Source: Octopus vulgaris | Lineage: Eukaryota | Assembly (NCBI GenBank): GCA_951406725.2 | Contig: OX597822.1 | Location: forward strand, 95,728,001 to 95,792,000 | Direction: 5' to 3' | Length of the DNA: 64,000 nt | In this document: one piece after another, positions 12,648-24,456 of the stretch | Layout of the letters: each line of letters opens with the position of its first letter | Numbering within the stretch: position 1 is the first letter of the stretch | Translations under genes and position numbers: made by a program | Notes under the pieces: model-generated | What the model was told of the DNA's origin: nothing | Database searches by the model: none | What the model saw: only the letters and a program-made list of their open reading frames with translations

Positions 12648-12781
12648 CATATAAAATTACACACACATATATTATCCTGTATGGCCTTTATCAAAGAATA
12701 TAGAGTTTGATTTATGAATCTTTTACTGCTATTTCTAGCAGGTTTGACCTCTGTCAATCACTCTACCACACTTTTTTCTTT

Positions 12782-13012
12782 CTTCTTTACTACCCACAAG
12801 GGGCTAAACACAGAGAGGACAAACACGGACAGACAAACGGATTAAGTCGATTATATCGACCCCAGTGCACAACTGGTACTTATTTAATCGACCCCGAAAG
12901 GATGAAAGGCAAAGTCGACCTCGGCAGAATTTGAACTCAGAACGTTGCGGCAAATGAAATACCGCTAAGCATTTCGCCCGGCGTGCTAACGTTTCTGCCA
13001 GCTCGCCGCCTT
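12782..13012 (-). mobile_element. SINE family C, tail type ii
   Basis: Full head plus tccgtttgtctgtcc..ctctgtgtttagccccttgtggg tail. Confidence 0.9.
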
Positions 13013-13489
13013 TCACTCTACCACACTTGCTACCATTAAAGTTCGCGTAGATTTGAATTAGCAAGCATGACCAATGAAAGCGGGACTCCTGCTTGGCCAT
13101 AGCCGCTATGACTCAAAAACGAATGCAAATTGATGAAGAAGAAATCGAAGAAAAGAAAATTAGCGAGGAAAAAATTAGAAACGTCAAACTGTCTCCTACT
13201 AAACAATGTTACTGTGTATTTTAGATTGGTCCCTATTAATACCATGGCTATTAAAAGCCTACCAATTTATAGATATTCAAATTTTATTGACACACACGTT
13301 TCCTTCTAATTCGAGAAGTCCGTTTTTGAACACAAAATATCAGAAGACGGTCCATAAACACTGTATAGATTCGATCTGCTACGATTCTCTCGGTGTCTGT
13401 GAGTTGTATGTAGGTGTGTACATGGTTGTACAAACATGTTATTATTTCCACTCACTCTTATGTTCTCTCTAACACGCACTCCCTTTAAG

Positions 13490-13577
13490 TATATATGTGT
13501 GTGTGTATGTAAGAGAGAATGTGTGCGTGTATGTGTATGTGTATGTATAAATATATATATGTATTTGTATGCGCGCA

Positions 13578-13625
<48 letters not shown>

Positions 13626-13774
13626 TATAACACATTTTATACACGCATGTGCTATACTTCAACTATTTATTTAAGCTATAGTTATCCAAATTTATGCAGA
13701 AACACACACGTTTGTGTGTGTGTGATTATATATATATATAAATGTATATATATATTGTATATATATATATATAT

Positions 13775-13819
<45 letters not shown>

Positions 13820-14554
13820 CTATACATACATACATACATACACACACACATATACATACATATATATATATATATATATACACAACACATCCATGTATAT
13901 ATATATATTGAAGCACACATTTATATAAATATAATTATGTATAGAAAAATACAAACTATATTTGAAAATATTTCTAAGATGCTGACTTGACATATCACAT
14001 CTAAATTTATTTGATGAAGCCATCCGTGCCATTATAGAATTTATTTTCTGTATCTCACATCTACAAGCTATGATATTCTATGATTCCTTTGTGATATGTC
14101 TGTGTCTTGTGTATGTATGCACGTATGTATGTATGCATGTATGTATGTATGTATGTATGTATGTAGGTATGTAGGTATGTATGTATGTATGTATGTATGT
14201 ATGTATGTATGTATGTATGTATGTATGTGTGTATGTATGTATGCTTGTATGAGGATCCGGGTTGGTTGCGTTTATTTTCTTTTTCAAATATGAATTTTTA
14301 TTTTCTTTAATGTCATAAATCCCTGCAGCTATTATTCTTGTTCTACAGATTTTGTTTTACAGACTTTGGCATACTCTCGTATTCACTGCTAATAAATCTT
14401 TGTAAAAGTGCCACCGTGTATAAAATTGTATGTGTGTATAAAATTATAATATTATATATATAGCCATATATATATATATACGTATGCATGTATATATGTA
14501 TGTATGCATGCATGTATGTATGTATGTATGTATGTATGTATGTATGTATGTATG

Positions 14555-14601
<47 letters not shown>

Positions 14602-14645
14602 CCATATATATATATATATATATATTTATATAGCCATATATGTAC

Positions 14646-14689
<44 letters not shown>

Positions 14690-14690
14690 C
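13490..14690. repeat. Block of TA/TG/CA/TATG microsatellites (13490-13910, 14100-14250, 14440-14690)
   Basis: Directly visible. Confidence 0.9.
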
Positions 14691-14744
14691 TATTATTCTT
14701 TTATTCATTCATTCGTTTCAGTCATTTCTTGAAGATATATTAGC

Positions 14745-15266
14745 AGCTATAGTGGATTTATAGCAGTTTTGACTGCTATTTCAAGAAATGTATGGGGTTT
14801 TAAAACCCTCACCGTTTTAATTGCGATTTATTCACAATTATACTGTCTTCTTTCATGAAAATAAATTTAATTGCATGTTCTCACCACTGATGTGTTCGTA
14901 ATTAATTTTGAATTGTTTACGAAATATCCTCTGGAATGTGTTTTTGCGTTCCTCTTTTATTATTTAGTTTTCACTCATATCTAGTCTAGCCGTGGCTCGC
15001 TTTTCTGGTCTTTTCTTATAAATGCCTTCCTGACGAGAACAGTGGAACCATTTTAGTTCTTAACTTCGAAATTGCAATAGAGGACTACCCTTTTATTTTT
15101 ATTTGAATTTTGAATTTTATGTCATGTCGCTCGCCGACAGCTTTTAGATATAATATGAGTGGTTATAGTGGCCTTATAGCGGTTTTGACTGCTATTTCTA
15201 GAGATGTAAGCATTTTTACAACCCTCTCCGTTATCATTGTGATTTATTCATAGTTATACACTCTTC

Positions 15267-15270
<4 letters not shown>
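14745..15270 (+). mobile_element. Penelope-like unit: diverged ~110-bp direct repeats (14745-14855, 15160-15270) enclosing a hammerhead, ending at (TA)n
   Basis: Both repeats read tatagtgg..tatagc.gttttgactgctatttc..aaccctc.ccgtt..gatttattca..ttata..ctt; hammerhead between them. Confidence 0.55.
15026..15083 (+). ncRNA. Type I (minimal) hammerhead ribozyme
   Basis: cttc-CTGACGA-gaa..ttc-GAAA-ttgcaa-TA/gagg: intact core, G10.1-C11.1 pair, palindromic stem III attgcaat, AUA cleavage after 15079, 4-bp stem I including one G-U. Confidence 0.7.
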
Positions 15271-15346
<76 letters not shown>

Positions 15347-15349
<3 letters not shown>

Positions 15350-15680
15350 TGGCTCAGTGGTTAGAGCGTCGAGCTTACGATCGTGAGGTTGTGAGCTCGA
15401 ATCCCGGACGGGGCTGCGTGTTGTGTTCTTGAGCAAGGCACTTTATTTCACGTTGCTCCAGTTCACTCAGCTGTAGAAATGAGTTGCGACGTCACAGGTG
15501 CCAAGCTGTATCGGCCCTTGCCTTTCCCTTGGACAACATCGGTGACGTGGAGAGGGGAGGCCGGTATGCATGGGCGACTGCTGGTCTTCCATAAAACAAC
15601 CTTGCCCAGACTTGTGCCTCAGAGGGTATCTCTCTAGGTGCAAACCCATGGTCAGTGCCTGACCGATGGGGGTCTTTACT
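15347..15680 (+). mobile_element. CORE-type tRNA-SINE family D
   Basis: tRNA-like head tggctcagtgg..gctcgaatcccgg; CORE-like tgttcttgagcaaggcactttatttcacgttgctccagttcactcagctgtagaaatgag; starts directly after (TA)n. Confidence 0.9.
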
Positions 15681-15767
15681 ACTAATATAGGATGAAGATT
15701 TTTTACAGAAAGAAATTTCATCAGGAAATGTGGCAGCATATTAAAATACCTTAAGGTTAAAATAATA

Positions 15768-16142
15768 AACAACTTATAAATAAGGGCTAAAGAAAATTAT
15801 TTCTATGCCAATATGCTGATAACAGACTTTTAAATCGTCAATTTCCACATATTATTTACTCGCTACAGAAAACACGTAGAGCTGAAATCGAGGACAACTG
15901 GCCAACAGCTTTCTACTGAAGAGGAATAAATCTATTATGAGATTAATTCCGAAATTGATTCAATATAGAAATAACGAACTTTTTTTAAAAAAAGAAAAAA
16001 AAATTCTGTTTGCCAGCTTTCCTCGATTTCAGCTCTACGTATTTTCTGTAGCGAGTAAATAATATGTGGAAATTGACGATTTAAAAGTCTGCTATCAGCA
16101 TATTGGCATAGAAATAATTTTCTTTAGCCCTTATTTATCAGT

Positions 16143-16146
<4 letters not shown>
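15768..16146 (+). mobile_element. Fold-back unit: ~140-bp inverted arms (15768-15908, 16006-16146) around a hammerhead, ending at (TA)n
   Basis: Arms are near-perfect reverse complements (ataaataagggctaaagaaaattatttctatgcc.. / ..ggcatagaaataattttctttagcccttatttat). Confidence 0.8.
15910..15971 (+). ncRNA. Type I hammerhead ribozyme
   Basis: tttcta-CTGAAGA-ggaat(aaatctattatgagatta)attcc-GAAA-ttgattcaa-TA/tagaaa: all core nucleotides present, 6-bp stem I, stem II ggaat/attcc plus inner aatct/agatt, stem III attg/caat, cleavage after 15965. Confidence 0.85.
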
Positions 16147-16221
<75 letters not shown>

Positions 16222-16229
16222 GCATTTTT

Positions 16230-16418
16230 TTTGTTTGTGTTTGCAGCTCTTTACTCCGTCTGATAACAGGTTTGTTTATGTCTCCCTAAGGAGCCGATAG
16301 AATAAGTACCAGACTTATAAAAGGTGAGCTCCGGTGGAGTCGTTCGATTAAATATTCTCCAAGTCGGTGTCCCAGCATAGCCGCTGTCTAATGATTTAAA
16401 GTAAACGATAAAAGATGT
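16230..16418 (+). mobile_element. SINE family B 3' half, diverged
   Basis: gagccgatagaataagtacc..gtcgttcgatta..gtcccagcatagccgc..tgat. Confidence 0.6.
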
Positions 16419-16611
16419 ATTATGTATATATATATGCATGTATTGACATGTGTATGTATGTATGTATGTATGCATGAATGTATGTATGTATGTATGTATG
16501 TATGTATGTATGTATGTATGTATGTATGATGTATGTATGTATGTATGCATGTATGTATGTATGTATATATGTATGAATGTTTGTATGTATGTATGTATGT
16601 ATGTATGTATG

Positions 16612-17212
16612 TGTACAGATTTGTATCTTTTGTTTTATGCATGTATTCTCATGCATGTAGTTGCATATCTAGACATGCTCATACATATTTAAATGATAAA
16701 CTTTTGGAAAGTTTTACAGATTTTTACAGTTCCAGTGATGGATTGGATCTGTAGTCTTAGAATTAACTTTCTCCTTTCTGGTTCTGAAACGCCTAATTTC
16801 TCATGATTGGTATTTAGGCAGTATGTTACATATCACAGGATCTCAGTAATGACAGGTATAAACCTGAACTTGTAATCTGGATAGAGTAACTAAAGATTTC
16901 TCTATAGTTCAGGGTAGATATTCTCTTTTTCGCTGACTTTCAGTTTTATGTTTAACATTCGCTGGGCAGCTAATTTCCACAACTGTACACAGTTTCACTT
17001 CTTTATCTCAAAATCATTATATCAGGTCTTTGTGCTTACATTTTATTGAGGTCTTCACTGGGACATTCTACCGGTACTCCTCTTTATTATGGCTTCTGCC
17101 ATACTGTGGGGTCTTATTTTTTTTTTGTCCTCTGGGTTATCCTTACAACGGATTTCATTATAGAGTGTCCTAGCTACATCATGTCTCATTGGTAGATAAT
17201 GCAGTGATGACA
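16612..17212 (-). mobile_element. RLE-type (R4/Dong-like) non-LTR retrotransposon 3' fragment
   Basis: Frame-broken YLPMRHDVARTLYNEIR, RPDIMI..KEVKLCTVVEISCPAN (PD..E restriction-like endonuclease), YPDYKFRFIPVI, EKLGVSEPERRKLILRLQIQSITGTVKICKTFQKFII*. Confidence 0.8.
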
Positions 17213-17630
17213 ATGTATGTATGTATGTATGTATGTATGTATGTATGTATGTATGTATGTATGTATGTATGTGTGTGTGTGTATGTGTATGTATGCATGC
17301 ATGTATGTATGTATGTATGTATGTATGTATGTATGTACGTATGTATGCATGTATGTATGTGTGTGTATGTATGTATGTATGTATGTATGCATATATATAT
17401 GCATGCATGCATGTATGTATGTATGTATGTATGTATGTACGTATGTATGTATGCATGTATGTATGTATGTATGTATGTATGTATGTATGTATGCATGTAT
17501 ATATGCATGCATGTATGCATGTATGTATGTATGTATGTATGTATGCATGTATTGTATGTATGTATGTATGTATGTATGCATGTATTGTATGTATGTATGT
17601 ATGTATGTACGTATGCATGTATGTATGTAT
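17213..17630. repeat. (TATG)n microsatellite
   Basis: Directly visible, about 420 bp. Confidence 0.95.
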
Positions 17631-17765
17631 TGTGCAGTCCTCGTCAACCAATTTCACAATGAATTTGACTCTACTCTTAGTATTGAATCCTCCCATCACA
17701 TTCTTAAATTTCCTTTAAAATATGTTTGTGCCATATTTAAATTATATGAGTGCTTGTGCGTGCAT

Positions 17766-17802
<37 letters not shown>

Positions 17803-17855
17803 TGCGCGCGCGCATGTGTTTGCTTGTATCAATAAATGATTCACATAATAAAAAC

Positions 17856-17925
<70 letters not shown>

Positions 17926-18514
17926 AAATATGTGTATATGTGTATGTGTGTGTGTGTGTGTGTGCGTGTGTGTATGACTAAAGAAATGTTACTCACAAGA
18001 ATTTGGAAGGACATATGTCCTTAATGTTTATTATAGCACATACACTGATACTTTGATTTATACTTGAAGTTTTAAAACCATGTGTTTAATACATCTTTGA
18101 TTGTCAAGTTTTTCTCCTAATACTCGTTTCTTATCATATTACCCACTGCGCGTCATAATATACAGAAATAGTATATAGTTTCTGAATTAGGCGTTCGAAT
18201 TTATGCTCTATTTCCCTTACTTTCACTCATAGAATAAAATACAATAACAAGCAAATATTCTCTTCAATAAATCAAGCAGCATATTCTTCATTATATCTGC
18301 CATATTAATTCTAAATTTCATCATAATGTTCTTCCTTTTATTTAGAAATTTAAAATTGTGTATCTGTTTTTTAATAGTTTGTATTGAATACAAATTTAGA
18401 TGTACCTATACTTCAGATCTATTCGTCCTCTCACTTCATTGTTTCCGCTCAACTGCCCTCAAAATGCATATATTTTATGAAACTTAGCAGAGATGCACGT
18501 GCAAAGGTGCAGAG

Positions 18515-19055
18515 CATTGGTTCCCAGGGTGAACAGTAACGCCTCTCTGGGAGGCGGTCGAAAAGTCCACGGGGGCGTTGAGAAAAAATGGAGCGATAAC
18601 GAGGTGACTAAACGTGGGGCACTAGATGGCAATGTCTCCCTCTATTTTGCAATGGTACACTCAGGTTGAGAAGGTAGCATTCAAAAATGGATCTGCAAAA
18701 TGTTGCCCGTTTTCTTGAAACAAGTATACAGAACAAAAATAAGGAAAACCCCCAAAACTTTGATAGCGAAGGTGGTCATTATATTACCGTGGGAATTCCT
18801 TAGATTTTCGAAAACATGACACTAAGCAAAAACAACGTCAACAATAATAATGACAAGAACTCTTTCACATTGTAAATACAGAAAAATTACGGGTTAATTA
18901 TATTTGTGAAATGCAATTGTTTTGAATTTGCAATAGAAAGAGGTGTAGGTTTGTTGTTGTTGTGGTGGTGGTGGTCTTGTGTGTGTGAGAGGGTGCGTTA
19001 GAATGTGGTCTGTGTGACAATGGGGTGGCAGTCAGAAAAAGTTTAGGAATCACTG
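18515..19055. mobile_element. hAT-type MITE
   Basis: Termini cattggttccc / ggaatcactg; perfect 8-bp TSD gtgcagag (18507-18514 / 19056-19063). Confidence 0.85.
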
Positions 19056-19152
19056 GTGCAGAGTATGATAACACTCTCGTCTTTTTGTTTTATAATTTGC
19101 ATTTTTTTTTTTTATCAGAAAATCTAGATTGCTTTTATTTCTATGGCTGTTT

Positions 19153-19567
19153 GATCTTTTCGGTTTGAACGGCAGTTTTTAACATAACTTCTAGGTAACT
19201 AAAATAATTTAAGCTTCGTATACTGGTAGAATGTGTTTATAAAACATCTTTTTCTCTTGGCTTTATTGAGAAAATTCTATAGTTTGTAAGATATTTGTTG
19301 TTTTTTTCTTCAATTTCTGCAATTTCAACCAATCACTGACGTCTATTGAGGTAAACAACATTCTGTGCCGTATGAATATGTCCCTCGTTTAAGAAACAGA
19401 TTGGGTTTATTTACATTTGTGAAGAAAAAAAAGATACTCTTCCCCCACCCCTAACCTTAACACTAAACTAGATTGAAATGCAATAGATCGATACTAGGGT
19501 CATAATTATGGGTGACAATTTCATATGACACCGCTAGAAAAAACTGCCCTTCAAACTGAAAAGATCC
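19153..19567. mobile_element. MITE with GGATC.. 28-bp TIRs (Merlin-like), copy 1
   Basis: TIR gatcttttcggtttgaacggcagtttt / aaaactgcccttcaaactgaaaagatcc; TSD tggctgtt(t). Confidence 0.85.
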
Positions 19568-19914
19568 TGGCTGTTTTCTATTGTATTATGTGACTTTCTT
19601 TAAACCTTGTTTTATGTATATAAGGCCGAACTAGATTCCCTTAATGTATTTGGCTTTTAATGAACTGATGATAATAGTACCTATGTAAAAACTTTGCTAC
19701 GTAGTCATTTGAAACGTATGTTTTAAAGCCAATTACTGATATTTAAAATATCAGTAACTGGTTTTATGGTAATTCCAAAAATTTGTATGCCATTATTCAG
19801 TTTTATCTCAAGAGTTCTTGCCAATAAAGAAAGAGCCGGTTTCTAACCGAGATCCAAAGCTCCTTAACTGAAATTTCAACAAAAACAGTGTATTTTTGTA
19901 TGTATGTACGTATG

Positions 19915-20135
19915 TATATGTGCATATTTGTATGCTTTGCTTTGTGTATATCTTCTCATGTATATACTTGCATATCTAGACACGCTCATATATACTTAAA
20001 TGATAAACTTCTCGAAGTTTATACAAATTTTTACAGTCCCAGTGATGGCTTGGATTGTAGACTCCGAATCAGCTTTCTCCTTTCTGGTTTTGTGAAGTCT
20101 AATTTCTCAAGATCGGTATTTAGGCAGTGTGTTTT
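19915..20135 (-). mobile_element. Second short 3' end of the R4/Dong-like family
   Basis: Diverged match to 16612-16830 (RLQIQ.ITGTVKIC region plus 3'UTR); TATG arrays on both sides. Confidence 0.75.
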
Positions 20136-20408
20136 ATGTATGTATGTATGTATGTATGTATGTATGTATGTATGTATGTATGTATGTATGTATGTATGTA
20201 TGTATGTATGTATGTATGTATGTATGTGTGTATGTATGTATGTATGTGAGTGTGTATGTATGTATGTGAGTGTGTATGTGTGCGTGTTCCATTAAAATAT
20301 CTTTTTGTAATTAAAACTAATAACACTCTTACCCCAACCCTTCGTTTTAATATAACTTTGTTTTGCTTATTCTTACACTCATATTTATCGCTGTTTATAC
20401 GAATTTTG

Positions 20409-20823
20409 GGATCTTTTCGGTTTGAACGGCAGTTTTTTCTAGCGGTGTCATATGAAATTGTCACCCATAATTATGACCCTAGAATCGATCTATTGCATTG
20501 CAATCTCTTTTCGGGTTAGGGTTAGGGTAGGGGAAGAGTATATTTTTTTCTTCAGAAATTTAAATAAACCCAATCTGTTTCTTAAACGAGGAACATATTC
20601 ATACAGCACAGAATGCTTTTTAACTCAATAGACGTCACTGATTGGTTGAAATTGCAGAAATTGAAGAAAAAAATAACAAATATCTTACAAACTATAGAAT
20701 TTTTTCAATAAAGCCAAGAGAAAAAGATATTTTATAAACACATTCTACCAGTATACGAAGTTTAAAAGTGTTTAGTTATGTGGAAATTATTTTTAAAAAC
20801 TGCCGGTCAAACCGAAAAGATCC
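20409..20823. mobile_element. Merlin-like MITE copy 2, inverted relative to copy 1
   Basis: Same TIRs; 8-bp TSD gaattttg (20401-20408 / 20824-20831). Confidence 0.9.
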
Positions 20824-20849
20824 GAATTTTGCGAACGCATATTGTTTAA

Positions 20850-21105
20850 TGTTTACAACGGTTGTCTCATGATCATATGATCTTGGTTTCAATTTATGGA
20901 CGAGGCGGTATATTTTTCCTTGAGGAAGGCACATCATTTTATGTTTGCTATCGTCTACCCAGCTGAATACGAGTACCATTTGGATGCTGGCGCACCTCTG
21001 TCCTTTACCAGCTGTGACACCCTGGATCAGGGATGGGAGGACCATTTCTGTTTTCGTCTACGTAGGTACCCAAAGCAAGTAGCGAATGCGTGGCAACATA
21101 CCAAG
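20850..21105 (+). mobile_element. Old CORE-like SINE with a distinct tail (family E)
   Basis: ccttgaggaaggcacatc..ctacccagctgaatacgagtacc resembles the CORE segment of family D; tail differs. Confidence 0.45.
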
Positions 21106-21404
21106 TCCTAATCGCGAGTGAGAAAGAGGTGTTAAGGAAATCAGGTATCAAATAAAATGCAAAGAAATATTAGAACGAAATGAATGGATATCCGGCATCG
21201 TCAGAAGGTTGAGATAATGTACTTAGTAGCAGTCCTTTACGTTCCGAGAGAGAATCCTGCGCAGGTCAAATGTAATTTTCATTGTTGCAATCTCGATTAT
21301 TTATGGGAACAATTTAATATTCCTTTAAAACAACAGCGAAGAAGCGAATGTAATTATAATAGAAGACGGTCATTTTATGATAAAAGTACTCCGCTCTGAA
21401 ATTT

Positions 21405-21561
21405 GAGCCGTTTCGTGATCGACAGAATAAGTACCAGTTGAGTATTGGGGTCGATGTAATCGATTATCCCCCCCCACACATTTCAGGCCTTGTTCTTATA
21501 GTAGAAAAGATTATTATTATTATTATTATTATTATGATTGTTGTTGTTGTTGTTGTTGCTG

Positions 21562-21618
<57 letters not shown>

Positions 21619-21686
21619 GCTGTAGCAGCAGTAACTGCAGCAACACCAGTAGTAGTAGTAGAAGCAGCAGCAACAGCAGCAGTGGT

Positions 21687-21755
<69 letters not shown>
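21405..21755 (+). repeat. SINE C 3' end followed by compound trinucleotide array (ATT/GTT/GCA/GTA)
   Basis: aagtaccagttgagtattggggtcgatgtaatcg..gtagaaaag directly followed by (att)n, (gtt)n, (gca)n, (gta)n. Confidence 0.85.
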
Positions 21756-21941
21756 TCACACCATTCACAGTTCGCCAAAATATTTTTATGCAGATCCTTT
21801 CCTTAGAGAATTGTCTAAAACTAAATCTTCCCTTCCTTTCACTCTTTGGTCCAAATAAGGTTCGTGATACTTTTGTTTATTCTTTTCTTCAGAGGCCAAG
21901 TTTAGCAGTAACACGGAAATTCATTCTGCACTTTCATACTC

Positions 21942-22328
21942 GGTGGAGGCGCAATGGCCCAGTGGTTAAGGCAGTGGTCTCGCGGTGGTAGGATGGCGGT
22001 TTCGATTCCCAGACCGGGCGTTGTGAGTGTTTATTGAGCGAAAACACCTAAAGTTCCACAAGTCTCCGGCAGGGGATGTTGGCGAACCCTGCTGTACTCT
22101 TTCACCACAATTTTCTCTCATTTTTTCTTCCTGTTTCTGTTGTACTTGTATTTCAAAGGGCCAGCCTTGTCATATTCTGTGTCACGCTGAATATCCCCGA
22201 GAACTACGTTAAGGGTACACGTGTCTGTGGAGTGCTCAGACACTTGTACGTTAATTTCACGAGCAGGCTGTTCCACTGATCGAATCAATTAGAACCCTCG
22301 ATGTCGTAACCGACGGAGTGCCAACAAC
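21942..22328 (+). mobile_element. SINE family A, full length
   Basis: TSD cactttc(a/g)tactc (21929-21941 / 22329-22341); (CAA) tail. Confidence 0.95.
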
Positions 22329-22499
22329 CACTTTCGTACTCAGTTAAGAACTTAAATCTCTCAGGAATCTTATGTTTGAGCTTCACAATCTTCCCTTCCT
22401 TTCACGCTTTTTGGTTTATGCTATCTTAATTAAATCTTCCCACTTTTGGATTTCACATTAATGCATTTTCTAATACTTTTATCACTAATTCATTTTTGT

Positions 22500-22950
22500 A
22501 TTTGGTTTGCAAGATTCTTTGCGTGAACTCAAGTGTTGAGGCAGATTTTGTTGTATATCGGAAGGGTCATCTTATAGGTATAGTGACTCTCCCGAAATTC
22601 AATAAAATTATGTCAATAAAATCTGACTTTAACAAAGTAATTTTTATGAAACTCTCTGTGGCTTTGTATAGATCCTACCATCATTTGTGCTGCAGCTCTA
22701 TTTTTACAGATATTTTTCTGATCTCTTGTGTTACTGCATCGTGATTCTTGTTTCCTCAGGTATTTCTATAATGGTAATTCCAGATAATCCGGCCTTGTCT
22801 TCCACGACAATCATAACTCATTTTTATATTCCTTATAATATTGTCACAGCTGATATTGAATCCCAACTAATTTTGAGATCTTTACAGTCAATTATATTAA
22901 ATGTATCTGCCTTATCTCGAATTTACTCTCTTTCTGAGTCCATATATTTA
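22500..22950 (-). mobile_element. Possible highly decayed RLE-type LINE fragment
   Basis: Minus-strand IIDCKDLKISWD...VMIVVEDK..ITIIEIPEETRI weakly resembles an RLE domain; stops present. Confidence 0.25.
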
Positions 22951-23475
22951 CTCATAGATCTCAAATTAAAATCAATTTTACTGCATTATCCCATGTTCAC
23001 TCTCAGCCATTTGACGGCAAATGCTTATCAAACATATGTGCCATTCTCTCGGTGTTTTCCCCGCGCAACAGAGATTTATTGGTCTTATCTTATAAAAGGA
23101 AAGATTTCTAACATAGACTTAAAGCGACGAATTTTAAAGAACGATTATAGTCGATGGATTCTACTGCAGAGCGTAATTGTATTTACACGAGCTAACGTAG
23201 GCGTCTTTGCGTATTTCTAGCAGATCGTTTCATTTACTAGAAACAGTAGCCAAATACTCTTTTTAATGCACTTCAGCGTATTTCAAAAGGAACGCATTGG
23301 ATAATATAATTCTGATACTGCTAAAAATATGGATGGCCACGGTTAGATTCCCTTTTATCACACACCCTTCCATTAAGATTGATTTAATTTGAGGTTGTTA
23401 AAATAACAACAATGAATGTTATTTAACGAAATCAATTAAAAGCGTAGCAAATTTCATCAGAATTTAAACTTATAT

Positions 23476-23700
23476 GGAGGCGGCGAACTAGCAAAATCGT
23501 TATCACGCCGTGCTTTGCAGCATTTCATCCGATTTTACGTTCTAAGTTCAAATTCCACTGAGGTCGACTTTGTCTTTCATCCTTTTGGGGTCGATTAAAT
23601 AAGTACCAGTTACGCACTGGGGTCGATATAATCTAATTAATACGTTTGTTTGTCCTTGTTTTCCCCCTCTATATTTAGCCCCTTGTGGGTAATAAAGAGA
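23476..23700 (+). mobile_element. SINE family C, tail type ii
   Basis: ggcggcgaactagca..gttcaaattccactgaggtcgac..tttagccccttgtgggtaataaag. Confidence 0.85.
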
Positions 23701-24456
23701 TAAGAAAATTTACATAGATCAAAGCTAAGGATATGAACGATTAACAACTTTATACATAAGGACACGACACAGTGTGTAAAATATATATGGTGCTATGTAT
23801 ACAAATGTAAACCAATATATATACAGGTATGAAGTGTATATATGAAAATATGTAAGATAGTATGCATAAATATGGAAGGCAATTGGGATTTGCAAATCAG
23901 TATGTATATAAATCTAAGATAGCGTAGACACAAATGTAAAATATATTGTGCCTCATATAATCACATATTGTTTTCTTATAAAACTTTTCAAAACAATGAC
24001 AGAGATTTTTTGGAGCATCATTTTATTTTTTCGCATACATAACGTGCAGCGGATAAGCTTTAGACATTCAACATTAAACGAAGGAAAAATCATTTGGCAG
24101 AATTATGTGATAAAAACAGATACATTTCTACCAGAAAGTTCCATGCAAAAGTGAATAAATAAATAAGTATATTCCGCTCCGAAAGATGAAAACAACCGAA
24201 CTGACCTGAGAATAGTAGTATTTTAACAGCATTACAAGAACTTTAACCAAAGACTTTCGATACACCGTTAAAGCAAAGAAAACTTGAGTGCGATTTGAAG
24301 GGGTGACTTGCTGATATTAAAATGATAACAAAAAAGAAAGATAGACCTCATTTCTTAGCCACAGAGATCCAAGAATATAATACAGAATGCGTCATACACA
24401 AACATGTTGTGATGCACACACAAACACACGAATATATATACATATTATATTATATT

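Noticed and set aside
22687-23220. 177-aa plus-strand ORF as a host gene
   Set aside because: No recognisable domain; composition fits the antisense of decayed AT-rich element sequence
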